A stretch of DNA of 64,000 nt from Catajapyx aquilonaris (lineage: Eukaryota), in NCBI GenBank assembly GCA_000934665.2, contig JYFJ02000777.1, forward strand, positions 1-64,000, given 5' to 3'. Positions 37,966-50,831 of this stretch are shown one piece after another. Position numbers and translations under genes: made by a program. Each line of letters opens with the position of its first letter. The first letter of the stretch is position 1. The notes beneath the pieces were generated by a model that searched no databases, had not been told where the DNA came from, and saw only the letters and a program-made list of their open reading frames with translations.

Positions 37966-40544
37966 ATGTGGGTTTTACTGGTGCTCATGCTTGTTCTCTC
38001 TGCAGGGAGTGATGCCAAGAAGAAGGGTGTCAGAAAGCAGGTGAATCATACTGGAATATGGCATCTGATCGATTCTATTCATATGGAAGAAGAGTCCACT
38101 TTGGAGCCACTTTTGAAAATTGCAATTGGGAAAATGGCATCGAAAAGGACTGTGTCGATGAATTGCGCAGTGGTGATTGCTGATGTTGTGCTCAAGCAGA
38201 ATGTGAGGAATTTGACCATGTGCGACGACACTTCGGGTGCGTTGTTATCGTAATAACTAGTCGGAATTTACATATCATTTTTTTGGCAGATATGTGCATT
38301 CCGATGTATTTTTTGGAAGTTACGAAATTGTCGTTTTCGCATAATCATTTGAATCTGAGCCTCTCTGAAGAAAACTTATTGAGAGAAAGTGACAGGATGC
38401 AATGTGGAGGGTACGTGGTACTGTACAGTACAGAAGTCTGCAACGAACACACTTCTGAGAACAAAAGCATTGTCTTGACACTATTATTGTTGCAGATACA
38501 TTTTGCTATTAAGAGACGCTAGATTATCAGTGAACATGATCAAAGAATGTGAGGAGCGTCGATTGCTCAATCCACGTGCCAGATTTCTTATTTGGAATGC
38601 TAAAAAAGAATGGCAATTAGAAGAGGATCCTATTTGGTACCGTGTACCTGGAGTTTTGTTTGTCAGAACTAATGAGCAAAGGTATTAGGGGTATTCATTT
38701 ACTAGTAAGCGCTTATTTATTTACTGTTATTATTTAGGCCCAGCATTATGGAAATGAGAGGAATTAGATGGCCACCAGAGCGATTTGGAGTTCCAACAGA
38801 GCTGTTAGATTCTTTTTCATTCAAAAGCCTTCTGAAAGGCAAGAAATCACGGAAAAATGATTGGTTCTTAGATAGCACCTCTGACCTACGTGGTAGATCA
38901 CTCCGAGTTGCTCTATTCAACCAACCACCTGCTGTTCTACGTCTTAACTCCGCCGGAGACCAAGTATGCAATTACATATTTCTCACCACACTTTCGTGAC
39001 ATTTCCTTATCCTCAGGAGACCTACGTTGGTGTTGAAATTGAAATCCTGTCTGCTGTTGCATCCAGAATGAATTTCCTGGTAGACTACTATGAACCAGCT
39101 GACAAAGAGAAATGGGGAGGTGTCGCTGAAAATGGTACCACATACGGAGCAGTTGGAGAACTGGCCCAAGGAAGAGCTGATATTGCCATTGGATCCTTCT
39201 TTATACTGCCAAAATATTCGCGATATATGGACATGAGCGTGCCTTATGATGTCGCATGCATTACATTTTTGACTCCCAAGTATAAAGTGACATGGGCAGG
39301 TGAATTCAGATGACTTACATTTTGCTCGTTTCAGACCACGTTCTAAGCCTCGATGGCTGGCTATGATTCTGCCATTGGATGGTCCTACATGGGGAGGAGC
39401 ATTCATAGCCTTAGTTATGCCCATTTTGATAGTTCCTGGTTTGTCACGCCTGGCCGAGTACATGTTCCGTCGCAGAGAAGATCACATGTTCCGACAACTC
39501 GGTATTGGTTGTGTCAACGCAGCCGGACTTGCGACTCAGGTACCATACTAAACGTCATCTAGCTCTTGTTCGTATATCTATAAGTCGTCTACCTTACAGG
39601 TTGCACTGGCTCGATGGCCCCGATTTTGGGCTGTGAGACTCCTAGTGTGCTGGCTCTGGTTCTTCTGGCTCCTGTTAGCTCTAGCCTACAGAGGAGGACT
39701 AGTGTCCTTCATGGCCTTACCTTTAACCTACGCTCCGATCGAGACCCTTCGCGATCTAGCTCACTCTTCCTTGGAGTTGGGCGGATGGGGACATGAGCTG
39801 AAGTCTCTCCTGATGGACTCTGCAACTGCTGGAGAGGGTTCGGTAGCCAGTAGTTACCAGGAGGTGGTTGACGTCGACGCCAGCGTCCGACGAGTGGCTG
39901 AAGGAAAGTTTGCCCTGTTGGAGAACAGCCGCTTCTTACAGTTTGCTTCAGTCACCCAGTACCTGCACCCATCTGGAGAGTCGTCCATGAGGCCCATGAG
40001 CCAGTGCGTGGTACCAGTCCAGATTGGTATAGCTCTTCAGCGGCACTCTCCGCTTACCATGCACATTAACGGGATCACCAGGCAGTTGACTGAGGCTGGC
40101 TTGGTACGGAAGTGGTACCGAGATGTGGTACAAATTGCTAAGTACGTAACAGACTAATGAGTAATATGTACACACTATACGTTCATTCGCTTTAAAAACA
40201 GGGCTCAGCGGCATGATGCTGAAGAGAACACAGACGATGGTCTGGCCATGTCCTCAGATGGGTCCAAGCGAAGGGCCATGAGCCTGCATGACCTCCAGGG
40301 TGCGATATATCTCCTGATGTTCGGGTTGGTTGCTGCATCCTCATTCTTTGCTGCTGAATTCATTAATGGGAACAAGATGGAGGCTAGGAGGAAGATGGAG
40401 GAGGTGGCGGCCACCAGAAGGGCCATACAAGCTGTGGTGGAGAATGAGTTCCAGCATGGAGAGAGGAGGATTCGATTCCCGACAGCCGCATCTTGGGTCA
40501 TGGCTTTGGCCATGTGGAGGAAGAGAGCTACTGCTAAAAACTGA
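37966..40544 (+). CDS. Ir68a: Ionotropic receptor (variant iGluR), Ir68a-like
   Basis: Signal peptide MWVLLVLMLVLSAGSDA. Exons approximately 37966-38236, 38290-38410, 38496-38682, 38738-38962, 39018-39279, 39336-39539, 39600-40141 and 40202-40544. S1 motifs DLRGRSLRV, GVEIEIL and ADIAIG; ACITFLTP; M3 LAYRGGLVSFM; S2 CVVPVQIGIALQRHSPL and LTEAGLVRKW; pre-M4 MSLHDLQGAIYLL. The subfamily call is from recalled motifs only. Confidence 0.85.
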
Positions 40545-41207
40545 TTGCTGACTTTATGTTTGACGTATTTAGTAAGAGGGCTATTTATATGGTTGGCAAT
40601 GTTCCAATATGTCTATAACAAGAGTTGATATATTGGAGGGGGTCTTGACATTACTTTTTTTTGGGCGTTGTAACGCGAGATTGGAACATCCTGTTTTGCC
40701 TATCAGAGTTTGATGCGGTATGATAAGATGATGGGAAACTGCATGTCACTTTTGTAGATATTGCAAGTAGAGCTAAATGGCACAGTAAAGCAATTGAGCT
40801 TAAATCACGTTTATTTTACACCTACTCCGTCCCCACATGGACATGCCACATTGTTGACACTTTTGCGTCACACCTACACACTGAACCAACTAATAAATGA
40901 CATACCGGGACAATGTGTAACACCTGTCGTAATGCATTTAAAAAATACCGACTGCACAACTTGTACACGGAAGTTAACTAAAAATCCTTCCTGCAGATTG
41001 GTTGTGTGTACCAAGTTTAAAAAAACATGTTCATTAAGTTTTAGAACGTGGCCATTAGATAGTAAATGCAATAAAATGTTCCATAAAACGTCGAATATAT
41101 CACATGACACTCATTCACGTACATCCACTTTGAGACGCGACAGTAATATTGATAGGAACAGCATCTTGGCACTGACAACGAGGTGGAATGGTATACGAAG
41201 ACGAGAT

Positions 41208-44200
41208 TCACAATGCGCTGCACATATTTTCCTCCGTACTTGGATTCATTTGTCCGTTGCAATCCCCATCAGGTGTATGGTTCGGAGTCTTGACCTCCGT
41301 CTTCTCCTCGGTAGCTAATGGTGCTGGTGGTGTCGTTTGGGGTGCTATAACCGCATGGTTGCTGGTCGGTTGTACCGGCGACCTGAGTGCCGGCCGTGAA
41401 GTGGGTAAGGTCTGACTCATCTGTTTTCTGGCGACCGCAGCAGCCGACATCCCCCTGGAAACACTGAGAGTGGCCAATGCACTGGGTTGCCGGGGTCGTC
41501 GAAACACAAGCGCCCTCATAGCTGCACGAAAGTCTCGCAAGTGGTACGCGTACAGCAAAGGGTTGACAGCTGAGTTGGCATGTGATAGGACAATGGTAAA
41601 GTTCATGACTGAGAGTGGCACAGTGCACGTTGGGCAAAAGGCTTGTACACAGTTGATGGTATACAGGGGCATCCAGCATAGAAGGAAGAATAGGACGATG
41701 ATGGACAGATTCTGGGCCGCTCGTACTTCTCTTCTGGGGGCCATCTGAGGGCGATTCGTGGTTTGTCCCACTGCCAGTCCGGACGTCCGTCGCATGTCCA
41801 GGGTCGTAATCTGACGGAGCTGTCAATGGGCAAAAGGATCAGATTGGCATCGCTGTCCTTTTTAAAAAAAAAAAAATCGATGTGATATAGAACTACGTGT
41901 AATCATGAAATGTGATCAGCCTTGAGCAGACTTATTGACTGGCACACCTATTGTGTACAGTGCGGTGGTCTACATTAGAGCGATCCATTCCATGACATGA
42001 TTTTTCACTAATGTCCGTGTAATGTTACGTTTTAAAGACGGTTCATGCGCATAAGTTGCACATCAACGATACCAATGTTCAATGAAGCATACCATGTAAC
42101 GTCTAATATGACGTAGCTATTACGCACGATGGTCTCTGCAAAAGCATGCAAACTTTCCCATTAAAAAATAACTGACGTTTATTCCACGCTGTTAGTCACT
42201 ACAGTTTCAGATTCCGACACAATACATGCTACAAAATGCACATGCCCAACAATGGCACACCGTGGCTACCGCCCATAAGACGACCCATATGCCTATGTAC
42301 AGATGCACCACACGCACCCAAGGGCTTTCTACAAGCCCATGCAAATGTACACAATTTACCTGAGTGCCTGGACCGAGAGAATAGGTCCTAATGCGAACCA
42401 CCCCGTGCGGCGTGATCTGCTGGATCGGCTGGGTCTGCAGATAAAAACGGGTAGTAATTGGGTAGTTTGTAAGCCACGTGGTCTCATTTCTCAAGTCCTT
42501 CACGTGGAAAGGTTGGGGAAAAAAATGAGATAGGTCACTCCTTAGGCTTCGAGGCATGGTCATTAATTAAGTGCGGTTAGTTAAGTATCGATCTAAGGGC
42601 GTGTGTCCTAGACGCGCTTCTAAGGTTCGTTCGTGCTCATGTTTGTCCTTCAGACACTTACGAGGCTTCACTGCCGTACCAATGAGAAACACCTCATATC
42701 CTTAAGGGTGAAAGTCGCATGCATTCCCTACACTAATCCTTCATGAGTCAGTGGGGAATAGTGCAGGCCATGCACGCGACCTTCACCCTTACTAATTTTG
42801 TAGATAACGCGTTTCTCATTGTGACTGCAGTTCTACGAATCTAACTCACCTGCCGCAACACCACCTTGTAGATATGAGCGTAGAAATAGGCGAGGAGGAT
42901 GGCCGGAAAAATAATAGTAGCAAAGTATAGGAAGACTAGATAATCATAGTCCATCACTTTTCTGAAGAGACAGGCCGGGTGTGGTTCATCGTTCCAACCT
43001 TGGTTCCAACCCATCATAGGCAGCATACCAACCACAGTCCCAAGCACCCAGCACATCACGATTAACCCTGTAACCAATAATAGTGTTAAACATCTGGTCC
43101 AATTTTAGCACCAGTTTCAGAGTTGATTGGGAAGTTTGTGGCCTCCAGAAGTTCGGAGTGTCGCAGATGTCAAGAGTTCGACAGTGTAATAAGAAAAGAA
43201 GGCGGGTCACACCCGTCGAGACCTCTTTAAGTCTTGCACTGTACCTTTCTAATATTGCAAGAACTACGTTTGAGATCGAACAGCTCTGAACTTGAACAGA
43301 ATTCTTAAAAAGGTTGCCTTGCTAAAAGATGCCATCACGTATAAATTCTTTCGGTGTGCACGAGGTGCATATATAACACCCAGTATCTTTTGATTAAATT
43401 AACACGTACCATTATGAAGCTGATATTAGTTCCGGCACAGGGTGTATCAAAAACCAGTGTGGGTCGATATGTAGATCTTCCGGGTGTGTCATGAAAAAGG
43501 TCATGGCTACGTACAGGCAGACACACAATCTATCGTTCATCCAACCTGTGCCTATTTTTAGGCTTATCTTAGTCAAATATGCTTACCTGACCTATCGAAT
43601 AAATTATTGGAGGAGGAATATACTGCACAAGATAAGACCTAACCTGCCTTATGTGTGTTTGATGTAATTCATTCATTGGGATGAGTGAGTAATCTCATGG
43701 GATTGCGTGGGTTGGGGGTTGCCCCCTATTCACACGCACGTACCGAGATTTGCGTGACTGTCGTACCCCCCATGCTGCCACCCTGCCACGTAATACACAC
43801 CCCTTCGCTTAGAACCTAAGGTTGGTAATTGGGGAGGCGTGCAAAATATCCATTTCAACATGAGTCGCCACCGAAACAGAATATTCACTATGGAATGCAC
43901 TGCATACCGCAGTGTTTTTACCACAAATTGCTGAGATGTTTGATTCAAAAAAAAATTTATGACAATATTTTCCAGCATTCCGTGCATGCATGTCATTAAT
44001 CACCAGGTAGTTTCGATTACTTCCATTCTAGCCTTATTGATGTGCATAGAGGATGTGTCACCTTTCTGGCGCCTCTAACACCCACTTGCAAACAGTGGCT
44101 AGAACAAATCCATTTTTGAACAAATACACTTTTTATGGCCTATTTTAGCGCCTATAAATGATCAATAGTCTGTTATATTGTCTGGCAGGGATTGGCCTGT

Positions 44201-44655
44201 TACGTAACGTTTTATTGCTAAGAGCGAGCCGCACATTGCTATGCATAATGAATGAAGTACCAACCGTTTGCAATGGAAGAGGTCATGTTTCTGGAGTACA
44301 GCAACGGATGTAAGATGGCCCAGTAGCGATCGACTGACACGGCCAAAAGACAGAAGATGGATATGGTACACAAGCAAATGAGCACCGAGTTCCCCAGAAG
44401 ACACAGATGCTGTTGTCTTGGAAGTCCCACGGAGGTCAGGATGGCCATGGGGACACCCAAAAGTCCAACTAGGAGGTCAGCAGTAGCTAGAGCCACTATG
44501 TAGTAGTTGGTCAGTCGTCTCAGATGTCGTTCACGCCAGAAGACCAGGAGGACCAGGCCGTTACCAGCGGCAGCCAGTACACCCACGGTGACCTCGCATG
44601 TCACGTAAGGTACGTGCATGCTAACGTACAGGTCCGACGATGTCGTGTTGGACAT
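41208..44655 (-). CDS. AdoR: Adenosine receptor (class A GPCR)
   Basis: Exons 44655-44265, 43067-42850 and 41819-41208. Motifs GNGLV, TNYYIVALATADLLVG, SIFCLLAVSVDRYWAI, CLFRKVMDYDYLV, REVRAAQNL, CWMPLY and LSHANSAVNPLLYAY. Confidence 0.95.
42680..42821. mobile_element. Short hairpin MITE (same family as 23932-24095)
   Basis: caatgagaaac...taagggtgaaagtcgcatgcat...catgcacgcgaccttcacccttac...gtttctcattg. Confidence 0.75.
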
Positions 44656-45876
44656 CCTGTCATTCCTTACTGACCATCACAGTCTGGGGGGGGGGGGGGG
44701 GNGAAATAAGGTCAGTCCACACACTAATGCCAAAAAAATTACGCAATCGTAGATAAGTCATCTAGAAATAACGGAAAAAGGAAATGATTGAACATGTGTA
44801 CTATAAAAAATGATATCTACCATACCATTTCGAACAGGGTATGGCCCCTCAGGATGAGGATTTGGTACCCTTGCAGGAAGTCGACCAATTAATTAAACTG
44901 AACTTTTTTTTGGGTCACTGCCAAATGTACAATGCGTCGCACGTGGGTGACTTAAAACCAACTAAATGAGTACCGACATGTACTAGCACCAGTTTTAAAC
45001 AAGCAAGGGTGCAGTGATGAGATATGCAACAATTTCGATTAGGCAACTGGCTGTAAAAGCTGCTTATCATGGTCCGATTAATCAAAGTGTTGGATTACAT
45101 GTCAGTTAGCAGTCGCTTCTGGGAAAAATAATGAGGGCAGTTTAGGTCTGGGTTCGATTCTAAGCCTCGCGACCTTGGGGATTGTCACGGAATGTTTCTA
45201 TGCACAATATTTTTAACGTGCCTAAATTAAATGCTAATCATTAAAACGTCAATCTAGCAGATGTATCATGTATGAAAAATGATATTCAACTTCCGGTTTA
45301 CGCTGTGTCATATATACATTACTGTGCAAAACACAAAGTATACGACGTCACAAACACCGCCTAATCCCCTCTAGTATCAACCTGTCACTCCAATAATCCC
45401 ATACAACACTTCCTCAATTGCATGCAATGGCATTGCCAACAATTTGGTACATGCAACTGACCTGTCATGTATGGTACATCCCGCACGTGTCGGAGCAACA
45501 GATGGGCGTCCGAATCGCTCGAAGACCGAGCGTCAACTGATGAGCCTCCAGGGCACGAGACATGGCAACACTGTAACCGCAAGTAATCTGAATCCATTTT
45601 TATATAAAAAAAACAACTATTATTTCAAACTGTGCGTATTAATGAGGTAATTTCGCTATGATGTATGTCCTCTGTTGGAAGAGCTACCGGTACTATTTGT
45701 GTGAAGAAAAATGGGCGAATCGATGAAAGCTGATGCCACTTACGAGGTTTAATTAGGAGATTTTTCTGCGACAAGGGAGTCTGTTATTTCAGGAATGACA
45801 TTGTTGGCATTGACGAAACTTGCTGTGCGACTATGGAATGTCGCGTGTCGAATAACACATTCAAAAATGTACATAT

Positions 45877-46443
45877 GGAACATTTTTTTTAAAAAGGTCC
45901 ACGCCCATTTTGTAGCCTACTGATAATTAGTGCAAATTAGCAAATCGTGCCCACAAGTTACTCACAGAGACATGGGATTTTCCCTATAATTATTCGTCCA
46001 AAGCACACCCAGTAATGAAGCTGACTTTTCATAGTCATGTTCTCCAACATGTTGACTTTCCCACTTTTCTCATGGATATTAGAGACCAGGGACCTCCTAA
46101 TGTTAATAATATTCTGGCAGTTTGATATCTTTAATAGGATTATTTTTCTGGCTGGGTAAGCTGCAAAAAAAATATTTGCGGAGTAGGTGGCATATCGTAG
46201 CTCCCGGATGAGGCCAAAGGTGAAACTGCAGAGAACTTGAGATTTCCCTTTAGACCAATAAGACGGCCGGAAGCGCGATAATATTCTCCAGTTGAGACTT
46301 GGTCATTCAATACCAGAGCTGACCTTTACTGCCATCTGAGAAGGCCTGCAACAAAAAAGTCACATCGCCTACGACAATTTTGCAGTTGGCTACATTAACA
46401 TGCATGGCGGTCGTTTCTGTGGTTGTTGATAGAGTTTTGGAAT
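45877..46443 (+). repeat. Dispersed ~570-bp repeat, copy 1
   Basis: Closely matches 49013-49596 from ggaacatttttt..aaaaaggtccacgccc to gttttggaatg. Confidence 0.9.
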
Positions 46444-46734
46444 GACATAAAGCAGGGAATGTTACATACTGGGTTTTTTTTCCATTTTCATCATGTGATC
46501 ACTATCAGTGCTTCCGAAATGCTAAGTCCCTCTTATTTCATCCACAATAATTGAAGGCTCAATTTCAGCACTCGTTTTTCGATTTCCCCTCTGTGATGAG
46601 GTGGCCAAAATAACGTCCCACAACGATGTCAATGTGGAAATAATATATTGTCCGTAATATCAATCACAGTGTGAACAGTCCGGTCAAATACCAAAATACA
46701 GCGGCAGGCAAGAACGGGAATATGTCCGCTCTCC

Positions 46735-47160
46735 CAGGTGGTCCGGATGACCACAAAGTTGCGCAGTTTGACCCTGTACGGCCACACGTCCTGTGTCGGG
46801 TGCGATGACATTCTGGACTCCGTGTCCAACTTGGACATCCTGAACTTGAGCGGAGTCAAAGTGGAGAAGGCAGACACTCTCTCCGGACTGATCAAAAGAT
46901 GTGGAGATCTGAAAAACGTAGTTATCCGCAAGTGTCGGCTTCCAGCTGACCTTCCTCACCTACTGGACATCCTTGTTCCCTGACACCACCTGGAGAGCAT
47001 ATGCCTAGGACAATGGACAATCCAAACAGCTGGACTTGACCCGCCGGGAACTTCCCTGGACACGCCTCCAGTGGCAGTGGGTGACCATCGACAGTCGACA
47101 CTATTAAGGGCGATGACTTCCTCACGCTGTTCAGCGCCTCTTCCTCAGGACACTTGGTAC
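46735..47160 (+). pseudogene. F-box/LRR family fragment (LRR part), paralogous to 11257-11910
   Basis: Colinear with the reverse complement of ~11315-11745 (ccacaaagttgcgcagtttgaccctg, cttccagctgacct, cacctggagagcatat, cttcctcaggacacttg). Has an in-frame stop at 46981 and frameshifts. Confidence 0.75.
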
Positions 47161-47509
47161 TCAGTTATATCTATTAGGCCCCCTACTAAACTTAATGCGT
47201 AGGGCCTTTCCACGTGTCTGAACGCCGCTTTCTGTACTGATCGAGTTACTCGAAAAGGTCAGAGTCAGAACATTACTGTGCAGGAAAGTAGAGATGTTCG
47301 AGAAAATAAGACATAACGTATACCATACTACAAATTTTCACACGGTATGATGTGGTTGTGATGATTCACTTGCTGGTTGCGTTTGGGGTTGTCATGATTC
47401 CCTGGTTTGTCTATGATTAGGATTGTGATGATTCCCTTACCCTGTCCTTACTGTGTAAGTTTACGGATGGGAGCGTATAGACCTACTGTACTGTACATGG
47501 TACTACTAT

Positions 47510-48465
47510 GGGAAGGTGGGGCAAAGCGGAACGGTTCAGGGATGTTTATTTTTCCCCCAATCAGATGAAAAACTTGATGGGATTTAATGTGCACAGCACA
47601 ATACCTTTATGTCTCCTCTGTAATACTTGAAGTGATGAATTACAAAAGTCAATTACCGTAGGACTTAGAACCTTATTTTTGAACCCCCACCAACCCGTTT
47701 CACTTTGCCCCACCTGCGGGGTAAAGTGGAACACGTGATGGGGAAAAGCGGAACGACTCTGCTTTAATGAGATCAATCAGTCCTGGATGCTTGTATGCTA
47801 CCATCGCACTCATGATCCAGGTCCTACGGGAATGTATAGTAATATTAAGGACTTTTTCCAATTATCTGCCACAATTAAACTTTATTTGACACATAATTTT
47901 ACGACCAGTGTTTTTTGGGACTTTTAGCCGCCTTTGATCTGAGACCCCTCATCTTACACTTTAGTCTACCGTTTGCATAAGTCTGTATGCAGCCTCATCA
48001 TCTATTTCGGCATCAAACAATGTGCATTCCTCGTGAACCATTTCTTGCATATATGGAGCAAAGCGGAAAGCGGTCCACTTTGCCCGTTCCACTTTGCCCC
48101 ATACCACGTGGTCTCGATTAGCATTACTTACATTTTAACAGTGCTGATCAAATCAAACTTTAAGAACTACCATGCTGTGAAGAGTGATCTTACATACCTC
48201 AAAAATAATTGATAGCTTTGACAATGGCTTACGCCAACTTCAGGAGCTTATTCAGTGAAAGGTCGAATTTACATCCGTGACCGCTCAAAATTCAAAATGG
48301 CTGCCTAAGTCGCTGTAGTTTCAAAAAAGTGCTGCCATCAGGTAATTAATGTGCATCATTATGTGGATCCTTAGATGTAGCAAGATCCAGGAGATGGCAC
48401 ACACCGCACGGAAATTTACGCCTGTGTTTCGCTTTGCCCTCCGTTTCACTTAGCCCCACCTTCCC
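47510..48465. mobile_element. Non-autonomous TIR element (pogo-like)
   Basis: gggaaggtggggcaaagcggaacgg pairs with ccgtttcacttagccccaccttccc-TA. Internal aaagcggaa and cactttgccc motifs repeat. Confidence 0.65.
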
Positions 48466-49012
48466 TATTTACCAGGCAGTAATATTACTGTATTGCAGAA
48501 GTGTGCATGCTGGTTTAGACTCGAGAAGGTTTGCAGAGTTCATCAGTGTTCTGCATTCTGGGAATCATTAATTTAATGAATCTGAACATTTTGAGTAACT
48601 ACAAAGGGTCCATTATTCAGAAATTTTTATATGACAAGTTGTTGTTTAGAGGTTGAGAGAAAAAATCTTCCACTAGAGTGATCACCATTGTTTTTGTTAC
48701 CACCTCATTTTATTAGCATAATTATTGTGTACTGATTGCATGTGTTTGAGGGCATAAATAAACCGAAATATGTGCAATGTCAATATTTTACGAATCATTA
48801 TTTCATATTGTATGAATGAAATTATTACTGTGCTCTGAACTTCCAGCAACCGATAGAAGGTATCGATACTGTACGCAGTCAGGAACCACTGATTTCTAAT
48901 CAAGGTAGGCCTACCCGTGAAATTCGGTAGTCTGTATTTTAGGGGCGGTATTCCCTAAGTATTACCGAATATGCAATTTCAACAATGAATTTCTTCATAT
49001 CATGGGTGCGTA

Positions 49013-49596
49013 CGGAACATTTTTTAAAAAGGTCCACGCCCATTTTGTAGCCTACTGATAATTAGTGCAAATTAGCAAATCGTGCCCACAATTACTGACA
49101 GAGAAATGGGATTTTCCCTATAATTATTCGCCCAAACCTAGTAATGAAGCTGACTTTTCATAGTCATGTTCCCCCAACATGTTGACTTTCTCCTAATTAT
49201 CTTTCCCACTTTTCTCCTGGATATTAGAGACCAGGGACCTCATAATGATAATAATATTCTGGCAGTTTGATACTAATAAATATCCTTAATCGGATTATTT
49301 TTTTGGCCTTTTGTGAGTTGTAAAAAAATATTTGCGGAGTAAATGGCATCGTAGCTCCCGAATGGGGGGCAAAGGTGAAACTGCGGACAACTTGAGATTT
49401 CCCTTTAGACCAATAAGACGGCAGGAAGCGCGATAATATTCTCCCGTTGAGACTTGTCATTCAATACCAGAGCTGACCTTTACTGCCATCTGAGAACGTC
49501 TACAAAAAAAATGTCACATCGCCTACGACAATTTGCAGTTGGCTACATTAACATGCATGGCGGTCGTTTCTATGGTTGTTTATAGTGTTTTGGAAT
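49013..49596 (+). repeat. Dispersed ~570-bp repeat, copy 2
   Basis: Direct-orientation copy of 45877-46443. Confidence 0.9.
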
Positions 49597-49892
49597 GGAA
49601 TAAGAGACCATAAATTAGCGGTGAAGATATTTTTTGTGGTCTGGATGGCACGTTTTCCTGGTCTTTGCTGCTTGCCTGGGTTGAAGCTTAGTGGATGGCC
49701 ACCCAATGGTTACGATTGCCTCTTCTGGTTTATCATATTGATGCTGACTTATATGCTGGTGTCATGCTCATTTGACCTCTTTGAGCTTACCTCGGAACGT
49801 ATGAAACGTTTTTTTGATATGTTTTTGGTAATGGGATGTGATATTAATATGGTATTGCTTCTTCAGCTTCAACCGGTAGTACTGTGTCCACG

Positions 49893-50831
49893 ATGTCACT
49901 GACTATTCCACGGGGGTATGGCTTGTTGTCAGGAAAAAAGTAAGAAGCATTTGGATACGATCTGCGATTACTCATTGATAATTTTTATTTCCGCAGTATT
50001 ACGAATACCACACATATCGCAAACGGCGGAAATAGTGCCATCCAGACCCAGCAGAATTTTACCGTACATTACGACAAGTCCATGCCTAACTTATCAGCGT
50101 CCGGTCACCATTCTTCGTCCAGTCATTTCAACAAGCCAAGCACGTCTAACCAACCTAACCAGAATTCATCAGGACAGAGCCGGCACAGGTCTATGTCCGA
50201 TCAATCCATCGGAAACAACCCGTCCACGTCGCAGTCCACCGGACAGACATCAGGGAACAACCCGTCCACATCGCAGTCGACCGGACAGACATCAGGGAAC
50301 AACCCGTCCACGTCCCAGTCCACCGGAAAGACATCAGGGAACAACCCGTCTACGTCGCAATCCACTGGACAGACATCAGGGAACAACCCGTCTACGTCGC
50401 AGTCGACCGGACAGATATCAGGGAACAACCCGTCCCCGTCACAGCAATCTACTGGACAATTAGGGAACAATCCAGGGACCGGATCCCGCCAGTCTATGGG
50501 ACAGACATCAGGGAACAGTCAGACATCGACGCACAACCAGCAGCCTTCCACATCCAGTATGTCCAATGTGTCCCGGCAGCCATCAGGAAACAACCCGGGA
50601 TCATCAGGCCAGAGGGGGGCCACCTCCACGACTTCCTCTATGCCCCTACCTATCATCAGGTCATCCAGTACCACTCTCCGACTCAATCAACAAGTCATCG
50701 GTATGCCGAAGCCCATCACTGTTGACGTCAACCTGTTCGCCATCTGCGACGAAGACGAGGACTTAATAGTCGAAAGTTGGGACTACGTCACACACAACCC
50801 AAGTCTTCGCGCCAATGTCAACATGCAATAG
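49893..50831 (+). CDS. Orphan S/T/G/N/Q-rich protein with 14-aa tandem repeats (~293 aa)
   Basis: Exons 49893-49939 and 49997-50831 join in frame across a 57-nt GT-AG intron. AATAAA lies ~20 nt after the stop. Repeat variation is mostly synonymous in this frame. Confidence 0.65.
50211..50475 (+). repeat. 42-bp coding tandem repeat, about 6 units (GQTSGNNPSTSQST)
   Basis: Unit ggacagacatcagggaacaacccgtccacgtcgcagtcgacc. Confidence 0.95.

Noticed and set aside
40761..41318. 185-aa plus-strand ORF
   Set aside because: It has a TTG start and random-looking composition, and lies antisense to the AdoR end and 3' UTR.
44685..44703. Poly-G/C runs containing N (also ~8501-8521, ~9050-9069, ~25113-25126) as G-quadruplex elements
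   Set aside because: The ambiguous bases show that homopolymer length is unreliable, and two of the runs are simply MITE arms.
45130..45175. GGTTCGATTC B-box suggesting a tRNA or SINE
   Set aside because: No cloverleaf or convincing A-box could be built.
50201..50470. Minus-strand ORF with DCDVDGLFPDVCPV repeats resembling thrombospondin type-3 calcium-binding repeats
   Set aside because: It is the antisense shadow of the 42-bp array. The splice sites, poly(A) signal and longer ORF all favour the plus-strand gene.
50211..50475. Regular repeats as a possible CRISPR array
   Set aside because: The units are contiguous with no unique spacers, there are no cas genes, and the context is eukaryotic.
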